Positions 10,459 through 20,000 of a stretch of 20,000 nt of DNA are shown here, one piece after another. The notes under the pieces were generated by a model that made no database searches, was not told the origin of the DNA, and saw only the letters and a program-made list of their open reading frames with translations. The first letter of the stretch is position 1, and every line of letters begins with the position of its first letter. This DNA comes from Microbotryum violaceum. Its lineage: Eukaryota. The stretch covers positions 1,974,246-1,994,245 of the forward strand of contig CDLV01000009.1 in the NCBI GenBank assembly GCA_001244265.2, read 5' to 3'. The translations under genes and the position numbers were made by a program.

Positions 10459-10460
10459 GT

Positions 10461-13093
10461 TCACGCTCGAAGTTTGAGATAAGATCGTCCCCAGTCGACG
10501 AAGCAAAAGCCCCCATCGTCGGGTCGAACCAATACGTTCCCCTGGCGGATATCGTTGTGAACAATTCCAAGCTCAACGAAAGCCTTCTCGATCTCCCTGC
10601 ACATGGCGAGGACGAAGTGAAAGAACAGGGGTGTCAGCATCACGCTGAGCCGTCGACAACTTGCCGCGGCCCGAAGACTTACTGCCATTGACCAGACCGT
10701 TCATAAAACTCGGAGTAATTCATATGAGTCCCCACATTCTCAAGCACCATAGCGTACCCATTGCCGTTGATACCGCGGTACGTGCCGTGGTATTGTGGCA
10801 GATGTTTTTGGAGCCCGTCGGGAAGGTGGGGAAAGACGTGCTGATAAAACAGCGTCTCCCGGACGACCGAGCCAACATAGTTACATGTCACGAGCTTGAG
10901 AAAGTACCTCGTGTTCGGAGCAGGGTGGCCAACAAGGGGGACCTCGCGATTGGCCGGGGAGGACCAACGTGGGTTGACGCGCACCACGTTCGCAAGATAC
11001 CCGTCGGCAGTACTTCCCGTCCCAACCTGCTTCTCCAGGCGAAGATCCGCCGCGGCCTCGAAGTAACCCAACAGTTCCAGCGGGATCCGATCGTCTTCGA
11101 GCTCGTCCTTAGGGTCTTCCGTCAACCACTGCAAAACGGCATCAGACAAATGGAGGCTCCGGATGAAGTCGGTGGCTGGGGAAGGGTTCGACGACAGAAG
11201 GGACGAAAGGGGCGAGTCGGAACGATCCGAGGAGACGATATCAAAGTCGATTTCGACCAGATTGACGCGGCTCGTGCCCGTGTACGACTGCAAAGAGCAC
11301 AAGAGGACACGTTCGGTGAGCGGAGCCACGAGTGCTGGCACAGGAGCCGCATGGTCAGAATGTGTGACGCACCATCATCGACCAGTGCGCATTCGACAAG
11401 CTCGCCTGGATCACGAAATTGCGATCGTGAGCGATTGTGATCGATTTCGATGAAGGAACCGAGCCGGAAGCCGGCGATGTCGTCGGACTCCGGTCCGTCG
11501 ACGCAGGAGGGGACGAGAAGCAGAGAGCCTCAGGAGTGAGCGCGCCAGAGAGGTCGGACCCGGCCTCTTCGGAGACGGGCGGGGTGACGGGCCGATTCGA
11601 ACCCTTGGCTTGAGTGGGCGGGGGGTCGCCTGCCAGTCGCCTTGAGGAGCGAGTACCGGGGCCAATGGCCGACGTTTTCGGTGCTTTGTTTGCCGGCTCG
11701 TAGGAGGGATCTTCACGGTCCGAGTCCGAGACGGCGCGAGGTCGCGACTGATTCGAGGTGTTCGGGTTGGCGTCGAGCAATTCTTTGACGCGATCTTTCC
11801 CCGGCTCGGGCACCTTCATCACGGCTGTGAACGCCAGAGCAATGAAAGACACGATGAACGACCGCGCCGGTAAGTCAACGCCGAGGGTCTCGGCGGGCTG
11901 GAGCGAGGTGCCTGGATAGCGCTCGACCCATCGCACCAACTCTTGAAGGAGCAGGCTATACTGTCTTCGAACAGCGGGTGGGGTGCTCGCCTCGGTCGTG
12001 GTAGGGGGGGTGGGGGTCGATGAGTGGGGCGTGCCAGGCATTGGTGCCGTCGAGGTGGAAGCTGACGCTGTCGAAGCTGCCGCATCGCTTGCCCTTGCAG
12101 CGTCGGATGGTTGGTGTTCAACTGTGTATGAAGAACCCACGATTGCGCAGTTGCATGCATCAGTGACTCTGCGTGACCGTTACACCATGCACAGGTCGAA
12201 GCCGAAGGCGCGACATACCCAGTTCACCGATCTGAAAAAACGGCACCGAGAACAGGAGAAAGAACCGGCAGGCTTGGGAAGCGCACTGAATGATGGCCTG
12301 CAAAAGGCACGCGAACATAGTTAAATCAGATCGAAGTTCCGAGGCCGATTCGAATAAAAATCGTATTTCTTACCTTCGTGGCTATGGCGTCGGGACCGAC
12401 CGAGACTTGCGTTTCCAAATTCTGCAGCGGCACCGGCGACGCGTGATCAAGCACTGGAATCGCCGAGTTGGTTCCGGTTGGAGGGGGCCCTTTGGCCGCC
12501 GTGTGATGCACGGGTCCCCGCTTGAACTCGATCGCGATTGACGAGACAACAACTGCTGAGTCTTCAACCCCACGGCCAATTTGCAGGATGGCATCGCCGC
12601 GCGTTCGGTATGATAGCCCTTGGACGCTGCGCAACTTTACCCAGTAGCCACTGGTCGAGGATGTGAAGTTGGCTTCGCTGATCGAGGCATAATGGTCGAG
12701 CAACTCGCGCGTTGCACCTCGCAGGCCGCCAGCGAAAATGGAGGTGAATGCATCTCGGACCTCTTCTTTGGTAATCCGAGCCCTGCGGCCAGCCCTGGTC
12801 GAACCCATCGCCTCAATGACGGCGATCTTGGCTTCGAAGAGCTCGAGCAGCGATGGGTGTAAGTCGAGTAGATTAAAAAACGAGTCGATGACCCTCTCGC
12901 CAGGAGAAGAGTGTTTGCCCCATCTCAATCCTCCCAAACGTGCGGCGCAATCGAACGCAGTTCCAGCGTTGGCCTGCAAGCGCGGAGCGGTTGAGTAATC
13001 AGGCGCGTTGCCAGGCGGAGGTGGCTCGAACCAAGTCTGTGGAGTGCATGAAAAGAGGTGGCGCATAGGTAGATTGAGACTTGTGGCAGGCAT
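10461..13093 (-). CDS. Intact 762-aa PD-(D/E)xK nuclease-like + protein-kinase-like fusion protein (CR-effector/Spok-like architecture), copy B. Exons 13093-12374, 12297-12219, 12121-11373, 11287-10683, 10596-10461
   Basis: There are four canonical GT-AG introns (76, 97, 85, 86 nt; donors GTAAGA, GTATGT, GTGCGT, GTAAGT). Exon lengths 720+79+749+605+136 = 2289 nt give an uninterrupted frame. Nuclease motif: GD(12595)...IEFK(12521). Kinase motifs: VGTGST, FLKL, VRE, HNDIRQGN, VDWG. The start codon is inferred (first in-frame ATG, similar position to copy C). Confidence 0.88.
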
Positions 13094-13719
13094 CGTAGCT
13101 GATATTGGACCGTGCTGTTGGGCGCCGCTTTTAGTGCCACCGTGCCACGTGCCCAGGCTACCAAGACCCCTGGGAATCACGGTTGAGTGACGAGCAGGAG
13201 AGGGTAGCAAAGTTCCTGGTCGGCAGGTGGCCAGAGGCTGCCGGCTGCCGGAGGCGGGCGACAGGACCCCCGAAAGCCCGGCCTTGAGGCGCGTAGTGCC
13301 CGACCGGTCAAATTGTGGGCCTCAGATGGGCCAAAATCGCGAAGGCGCGTAGTCGGGGGTGGATAAATCAGGGCGCGCCGGTGCGGGTGGGGTCTAGGGC
13401 CCGTAGGTGCCAGTGGACAAATCGGGGACCCATTTCAGCCACATTCGGCTCGGTACGCCAAAGTTCGCCGACCCTCAAGAACGTGCGGAGCGCGTGGGAA
13501 ACATTCTGGGCTGTACCGAATTAACAGCAAGGGCTCTAATTGTTCAATTTTGCAATTATAGCCTCTTGGCTGGTTGAACGATTTTGTAATCATAGCCTCT
13601 TGGCTGGATGAACGAAAAGTCTGAGCCTTGCGCGCGTCTCTTGCCTCCCCCGCCGCGTTGCGTCGTCTGTGCCACCATCGTCATTATCCTACGTTCTCGC
13701 TTCAGCCAGCTTCGACGAA

Positions 13720-14305
13720 ATGTATCTGGACGATCCGGATATCGAGCTCCTTGACGATGATTTTGAGCGAATGGCACCCCTTTTGGACGTTAGGGTGTCT
13801 GAGCTTCTCACCTTCCGCTTCGACAACCCAGACACGCAAATACAGCTTTCGTGGTCGCTTTCGTGGTCGACAGACGAGCCTCTCGAGTTTGATACTCTTC
13901 TAAGGCCGCTCCGCGCTTGGAGGGACAAGTTCAAGGATCGTGAAGCAATCACTGCGGCACGTAAACAAGGTTACCGGTCTATCGCTATCACCGGGCACCG
14001 GCTGCCTTTCAGTGTCGAAAGGATCTGGCGGCATATAGATTACGCCGAGCGCATGCGTTCGGTCGTTATCAATAGCCAACAGTGGATGAAAAGTTATCTG
14101 GGTGTCGATATCGAAAATCAGCCTCTCATCGTTAAGGCTCTGGAGGTGCTGCCGTCACTGCTCGTTGAGGAGCAATATACCCCCTCAATGATCCTCGGGT
14201 GTAGCGCGTCCTTGCGCACGTTGCTCGATTTCGTCGGTAAGCAGCCACTTTGTTCATTTGTTCGATCGCGTGATTGATTGGGATTGTTTTTCGTGCTTTT
14301 TCTAG
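13720..14305 (+). pseudogene. Hypothetical gene 5' exon (13720-14236) plus intron (14237-14305), apparently truncated; possibly the N-terminus of a TE-associated Ulp1/C48 protease-type protein
   Basis: A 172-codon globular-looking frame (MYLDDPDIELL...GYRSIAITGHRLPFSVERIWRH...QQWMKSY...SLRTLLDFV) ends at a GTAAGC donor, with acceptor TTTTCTAG. The downstream frame stops after ~24 codons. The Ulp1 link is recalled resemblance only; no catalytic His/Asp/Cys is seen. Confidence 0.45.
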
Positions 14306-14309
14306 GGAT

Positions 14310-15311
14310 TAGATTTAGGGTTAGGGCTATCTCCGTATGCCTCCCCAAGACTGGCGGTTTGTGACCAAGTAATGGCTTAGCCGCTAGCATGCTAACATCA
14401 CGACCGCGGGAGGGGTCGGTAAGCAAAGCTTGAATCACTCTGACGTCGTTCCCACCCATGTTCATTGTGGCTTGAGCATTTGCCAGCAACGACCATCTCG
14501 ATGCCCATGTATTAATGTGCTCTGGCATCTGTGTGAGAATTGCGCTTCAGCTCAACATCACCATTCAGTGTGACACAGACGCGACATACTTTGTAAAAAA
14601 TGTCTAGTCCGTTGGTAATCTCGAATATCCGAAGATTTTGAGGAGCTCCCAGTCGTACCTTGCTTGAGAGATATCTGTATAGCGCTCGTTCAATTCGCTG
14701 TATTGTATGTCCATACACCCAGCGAGATCGGTTGGCAGCCGGCTTTGCATATGCTGTATCGCCGGCGTATTGTTTTGCAGCAAGTTCCGTGGCGACCACT
14801 TGACGGGCTCTCAACGCAGAGTCCCGCGCTCGACTTGATAGGGCTGGATCAAAAAGCGCATTTGCGCTGTTAGCGACTGAACAACAGGCACAATGCCGAA
14901 TGTTTCGGTGGATGGGGTGTAGAGCAGCGGGTTGACTATATCTGACACAGTGGTTGAGTGCCGTGGGAGAAATGCCGAGGTCTTGCGCCTTAGACGAGCA
15001 AAGGCTTTGGCAGCGCCATGTTTTTTAGACACATAGATCCGGTCAAAGGAATGCCAGAGATCGATTAGAATCCGCACAGCGGTCTCGTCTGAGGAAGGGA
15101 CTAGTGAAAGGGGATAGTTCGATATACGTACATCAGCTCCAGCCCCGGCGCCAGGACTGGGGCAAGTCCGTAGTAACTGACCTTTGCTTGTTGCAGCCTT
15201 GCCCCAGATAGCTTTGCCAGCTGCTTCATTCTGTCGTCCGTGTTATCGGCGCTTCGTTTCCGAAAGAAGCGTGACAGCAGTTGCATCGTAGGATATGGTA
15301 CGTTGCAGCAT
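14310..15311 (-). pseudogene. Spliced hypothetical gene, disrupted
   Basis: ATG at 15311 (MLQRTISYDATAVTLLSETKRR*), with an in-frame TAA at 15245-15243. Phase-compatible introns 15181-15101 (GTCAGT...GCTGAT...CTAG) and 14589-14529 (GTATGT...CACAG) join the annotated minus-strand ORFs. One frame change near 14850 is unresolved. Confidence 0.5.
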
Positions 15312-15346
15312 GAAGGCAAGGGATGGCCGCGTGCGGCGCGCCTGAT

Positions 15347-15452
15347 TGCGCCAACTCAAGTGCGCCAACTCAAGTGCGCCAACTCAAGTGCGCCAACTCA
15401 AGTGCGCTAACTCAAGTGCGCTAACTCAATTTGGCGCGCGCGAGTTAGCGCA
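15347..15452. repeat. Six tandem 14-bp units TGCGC(C/T)AACTCAAG followed by an inverted partial copy
   Basis: Units start at 15347, 15361, 15375, 15389, 15403 and 15417. GAGTTAGCGCA (15442-15452) is the reverse complement of TGCGCTAACTC. Confidence 0.95.
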
Positions 15453-15589
15453 AGCGCACCCCCCAGCACCGGTACAGCCCCGGGCTTCGGGGGTCCTCCC
15501 ATTGCTGGGGCGTCAGGCCGCCGGCTGCCGGGCCCTCTTCACCTCCCGCCGTCCACTTGGGCCTGATCACCTCCAGCATCTCGCTCTGT

Positions 15590-18268
15590 ATGGCTTCTTC
15601 CAACGAAGCGACGCCAATTGTTTCCAACTCTCGGCCACCAACGCTCACCCGACTCCTCGCTACTTGTGCTCCATCCAGCTGGTTTCTCCCGCCACCGGAC
15701 CATGATGGAGCGTGTCACTCAACTTCTTCGCGCGTTCAAGCCGATGCTGGGACGACCGCCTATGATTGCGTCGCCCGGCTGGGAGGATTGAAATGGGACT
15801 CACCCGCGTCACCTGGCGTCAGGGTTCTCAGCTCGTTCTTCGATATACTCGAGCAACACCCCTCATTGCTGGACCTGTTCTGCGAGGAGCTAGACGCCAT
15901 CAGCAATGCTCCTCGCAGCGAGTTGGGTCGGAGGAGCGAGCACGCCGTCGAAATCTCGTTCGTTTGCCTCTTCGCTAGCGGTCTACGATCTGCAACGGCG
16001 GCGCTGCTCAACCATTATGCCGCGATCACCGAGGCCGTCGGAGCTTCTTCCGCTTCCGCATCGACCTCCGCGACGAGACCCCGCTATTCGGTTCGACTGG
16101 GCGAACCTGAACGTGCTCTCCGCACGCAGGGCGATGCTGTCGTCTACATTCAACGCGGGGCTGGCAACGTCGTTTCAAGTATCTCGATCGAATACAAGCG
16201 GGACAACGTACATCATAGCTTGGCCAAGGTACGCCAGGAGGGCCTCTCGCATATTCCCATACTCGACCACGGGGCCCCAGTGCCACTTCAAAAACTAGAG
16301 GAAGAAGAGTCGAAGGGTGCAGATGCTGTGGCGACCAAGGTGAGGCATGCATCTTGCAGGCTTGGACATACGCTTTCTCGATCCGGCCTCGAAAATATCT
16401 GAGTTTACTCATTTCATATTTTTCATGCTCGTGAAGGCCATCATCCAATGCGTCTCTAGCAAGAGTCGATTCTTTTTGCTGCTGTCGGTTCCGTTCTTCC
16501 AAATTGGTGAACTGGGTACGTCATAGATTTGAACTCACCGAAACCTGTCGAAACTTTCCGGGCCCCACTGACGCATGCGATCATACGGTCCTGCTTTGGC
16601 CATTCGCCCGCCCATAGTCCAGCACCAGTCGACGCATGCTGCAACGGCAAGCGATCCCGTAGCGTCGACCTCAGCGGCGTCTGCCTCAATCTCGGCTGCG
16701 ACCGCGTACTCACCGGCACCGCCCCTCAAGGCCAGGTACAGCCTGGTTCTACAAGAACTGGCCCGATGGGTAGAGCCCTCTCCGACGACCATGAACCCAG
16801 ACGCGGCCGAAACACTTGGCGCTGATCTTCCACGACGGTCACTCATCGTGTCGTTTATCGCCCTGGCCTTCACAGCCGTTATCGAGGTCCCTAAGCCGGA
16901 CCAAGCCGTCATTGATACACTGCTCAATCCTCAATTTCAACCTCCGAATCTGCCTCGTCGTCGCTCCGATCCGGACTTGGACCCTAACTATGAACCCTCC
17001 CGCGGGTCCAAAAAGCCTCGAAGACTTCGATCGAAGCCACCGGTGCTCGTCGTTCGGGGCGACTGGTAGGCCAACCACCGCGAGCTCAAACCAAGGACTC
17101 GAATCGACCGGTCACCCCGCCCATCTCCGTAGGGTTGCAAAGTGATCCCTCATCCGACCCGTTGACGCCTGTGACTCGCATCTTCTCGTCCCCTCCTGCA
17201 TCGACGGATTGGAGTCCTGCGACCTCGCCGCTCTCCGGCTCGGGCCTCCCGTCGAAATCGATCACCATAGTTCAAGATCGTGGGTTCGTGATCAAGGCCA
17301 GCTTGTCGAGCGCGTACTGGTCTACGATGGTGCGTCACGCGCTCTACCATGCTGCTCCCGTCCTAGCCCTTGTAGCCCAGCTCACAGAAAGGATTGTTTA
17401 CTTCCTGCTCTTGTGCAGTCGTACACGGGCACAAGCCGCGTGGAATTGGTCGAGATCGGGTTTGATATCGTCTCTTCGGTTCCTTCCGACTCGCCCCTTG
17501 CGTCCCGTCTGCCGTCAAAGCCTTCCCCAGCCAGCGATTTTATTCGGGGCCTCCATCTGTCCGATGTGGTTTTGCGATGGCTGTCCGAAAACCCCGGGAA
17601 GAGCTCAAGGACGATCGAATCCCCCTCGAACTCTTGGATCGGTTCGAGCCCACTGCGGATCTTCGTCTGGAGAAGGAGGTCGGGTCGGGAAGTACTGCCG
17701 GAGGGTGGCTTGCGAAGGTGGTGCAAGTCAACCGACCTTTGTGCTCATCGGCCAAAGCCGAGGCACCCCTTGTTGATCACCCTGCTCCGAATACGACGTA
17801 CTTTCTCAAGCTCGTGACGTGTAGATACGTCGGCTCCGTCATCCGCGAGACGCTGTTTTACCAGCACGTCTTGCCCCACCTCCCCGAGCATCTTCGAAAA
17901 CATATCCCGCAGTATCACGGCACATATCGAAGGACGAATGGCAACGGATACGCCATGGTGCTCGAGAATGTGGGCAAAACGATGAACGAGCTCGACTTCT
18001 ACGGATCGCCGGGCGAATTGTGGTAAGTTCCTGCAGGGCGGCGCACTGATCCAGCCATGTGCAAGCCGGTCAAGAGGCCGCGCGGATTCCTGACCCTCTG
18101 ATTCTTTTTTCTTTTTTCTACGGGAGGTGCAGGGAGATCGAGGCGGCTTTCAGGGAACTCGGCATCGTCCACAATGATGTCAGGGCCGGCAACATACTGG
18201 TTCGACCCAACAATGGCCCTCTTTGCTTCGTTGATTGGGGACGATCGTATCTCAAACTCCGAGTATGA
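15590..18268 (+). CDS. Diverged paralogue of the nuclease-kinase gene, copy C. Exons 15590-16339, 16437-16515, 16618-17329, 17419-18022, 18133-18268; two 1-bp frameshifts (pseudogene or sequencing error)
   Basis: The four intron positions and phases match copy B (donors GTGAGG, GTACGT, GTGCGT, GTAAGT). Motifs QGDAVVYI...ISIEYKRD, VGSGST, FLKL, HNDVRAGN and VDWG are intact. No premature stops were noticed once one base is restored in the A-run 17010-17014 and in the C/G-run 17592-17598. Confidence 0.85.
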
Positions 18269-18410
18269 ATCTCTTCTCTCCTTCTCCTTCTGAGGTCTCT
18301 GTTTTTCTCTCTCTTCTATGCTTGTTTTATATTTTGTACGCACTTTCCCTCAGGTTCATCTGCAATGCGTAACGCTCGTCATCTCGTTCATCTCGTCCGC
18401 GTCGTAGTTG

Positions 18411-18649
18411 TGGCTGGATTCAGTGCGCCGCCCTTTAGGAACTTCCCACAACGGGCCGGGCGTTCCGTAGAAGTCGCTGAGCTCGTTCATCATTGTTCCC
18501 AAATCTTCAGATACCATGACATATCCGTTGCCATTGGTCCTTCGGTGCGTGCTGTGATATTGCGGCAGATGTTTGCGAAGATGGTCGGGAAGGTGGGGGA
18601 AGACGTGCTGGTAAAACAGCGTCTCGCGCGCAAATGACCGGGCCAACGT
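18411..18649 (-). pseudogene. Copy D: inverted fragment of the kinase exon and start of intron 4 of the same family
   Basis: The reverse complement aligns to 17827-18058 (RETLFYQHVFPHLPDHLRKHLPQYHSTHRRTNGNGYVMV...DFYGTPGPLW). The splice donor is mutated GTAAGT>GGAAGT. Confidence 0.9.
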
Positions 18650-19099
18650 CAGTGCTAGGCTCGGCTTCACGTTCGCGCGTGCCAACACCCCTGTCCCTCT
18701 CCCCACTCACTTTTCACTCGCACCACCTGACAAGACTCGGCACTGATCGCACCACGCCGCAACTCGACCTCACACGCTTTCACATCGTTCCATCATCGTC
18801 TTTGGCACGATAAGCCTTACACATCCACCTGAGAGGGCGTGATCACTTTCAGCAGCGTGCTAGCTTGCGTCGATGCATCGCTCGAGCGTTTTTGGTAGGA
18901 CACGTGCACGGTCACCGCATCGCCTCGTTCACCTCAATCGCCCACTAGGTACTCGACGGATGAGTGTGGTGAGCTCTTCATTCAGATAGTCCTCAGCTTT
19001 TGCCGCATTTGCTCACTTCATGTTCGACTTTGCTGCCCACCACTAGTTCAGATCGCGCGTTCGACATTGGCCGACTCGCTGGCATCCGAGCTTGGCACC

Positions 19100-20000
19100 A
19101 AACCGCTCTGTGACTTGTACGACCATACTCTGCGCATCCCTCATCAGCACCATCGAAGAGATGCTCAGCTTTCCCGAGGTCTCGAATTGATGCACACATC
19201 ACTCAATCCTCGTCGCTCCACCCCGAACACCACTGTCGACCTGTGACGATCTCCTCCGCCACCCCCACATTGTTCACTCGCGTCGTCAACGTCAGGCCAA
19301 TCACACGAATGCAGTCACTCGCCGTCACATCTCTTTCTTGATTGAGTCGAAGAGTCTCATCGACGCGGCAAGCTTGGGGGTTGTCGGAACATCTCTTGCT
19401 CGACTCGGCGAATATTTGACCGATGCCCATCCGCACTTCGACCGACCGAACCGACAAACCTTTGAAGCTCGGTCTCCCCCTGCCCGTGCCCATCTCATCA
19501 CCACGACGTGAGAAGTAACAATCTGCTCGCCCCTCGCGACGGCCACCTCGACCGCCTCGACCGCCTCGACCATCAACCTTCCACCGCACTCGTGCTCGAT
19601 CGCCATGGACTCACTGTCATCAACTGACCTGACCTACTCATCATGAGCGCCGACCCCACAATCGCCCCTTCTCGAATCCTTGACCTCACCTCGTCTTGAT
19701 TTGTGTCGCCGCACCCAGCTCGACACTTCCCCGTGATCTTTGCATCCCACCGGCGCATTAGCTCGATCAACCAGGTCCCCAATCTGGTATGCTCTCCTCT
19801 CCAGCCCAGTCATCCTCTCCGCAAATCCCGTCAATACTGAAACTACTGCAAACGCTCATCTGTCTTCCACAGCATTGCCCGACATCCCTAGCGCGCAAGA
19901 TCGAACTCGCAGGTCACCCATCGTCAGCTTCCCACCGATTTGCTTCATCATCGCTCACACGCGATTCCACGAGCTTCTGATTCGATCCTGCCATCACGAA
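19100..20000 (+). mobile_element. Degraded coding-like sequence, possibly a DIRS/Ngaro-type retroelement remnant
   Basis: C-rich strand bias and broken frames. The terminal frame ALPDIPSAQ...IVSFP...IIAHTRFHELLIRSCH weakly resembles the region preceding basidiomycete DIRS/Ngaro RT (PLP..P...LF.I.TPI....F..LL..HP). Confidence 0.2.

Noticed and set aside
10661..11440. 259-aa plus-strand ORF, and similar antisense ORFs over copies A, B and C
   Set aside because: These are shadows of GC-rich coding exons on the opposite strand, with no recognisable motifs.
19545..19572. RGGRGGRGG (RGG box) on the minus strand
   Set aside because: It is just three copies of a 9-bp unit (CCTCGACCG) with no supporting gene structure.

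Overview
This is eukaryotic, intron-containing DNA, most likely from a basidiomycete fungus. The short introns with GTAAGT/GTACGT/GTGCGT donors and CTRAY branch points support this; a Microbotryum-like source is only an inference. The window is a repeat-rich accessory region dominated by four copies of one gene family. Copy A (1-1035, minus) runs off the window edge. Copy B (10461-13093, minus) is intact, with 5 exons and 762 aa. Copy C (15590-18268, plus) has the same 4 intron positions and two 1-bp homopolymer frameshifts. Copy D (18411-18649, minus) is an inverted fragment. After manual splicing, the protein has an N-terminal PD-(D/E)xK restriction-endonuclease-like motif (GD..x..IE[FY]KR), S/P/T-rich linkers, and a minimal C-terminal protein-kinase-like domain (GxGST, LKL, RE, HNDxRxGN, DWG, then stop). 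This nuclease+kinase architecture is known from Crinkler/CR-type effectors and Spok meiotic drivers. A and B are near-identical except for a patch of almost purely amino-acid-changing substitutions, and A, B and C share a short upstream motif resembling a transposon end. Between the copies lie degraded transposable elements (Helitron N-terminal region, Ty1/copia RT fragment, LTR-like piece, MITE/foldback-like inverted repeats, minisatellites) and two convergent gene remnants. All family assignments come from motif recognition by eye, not database searches.
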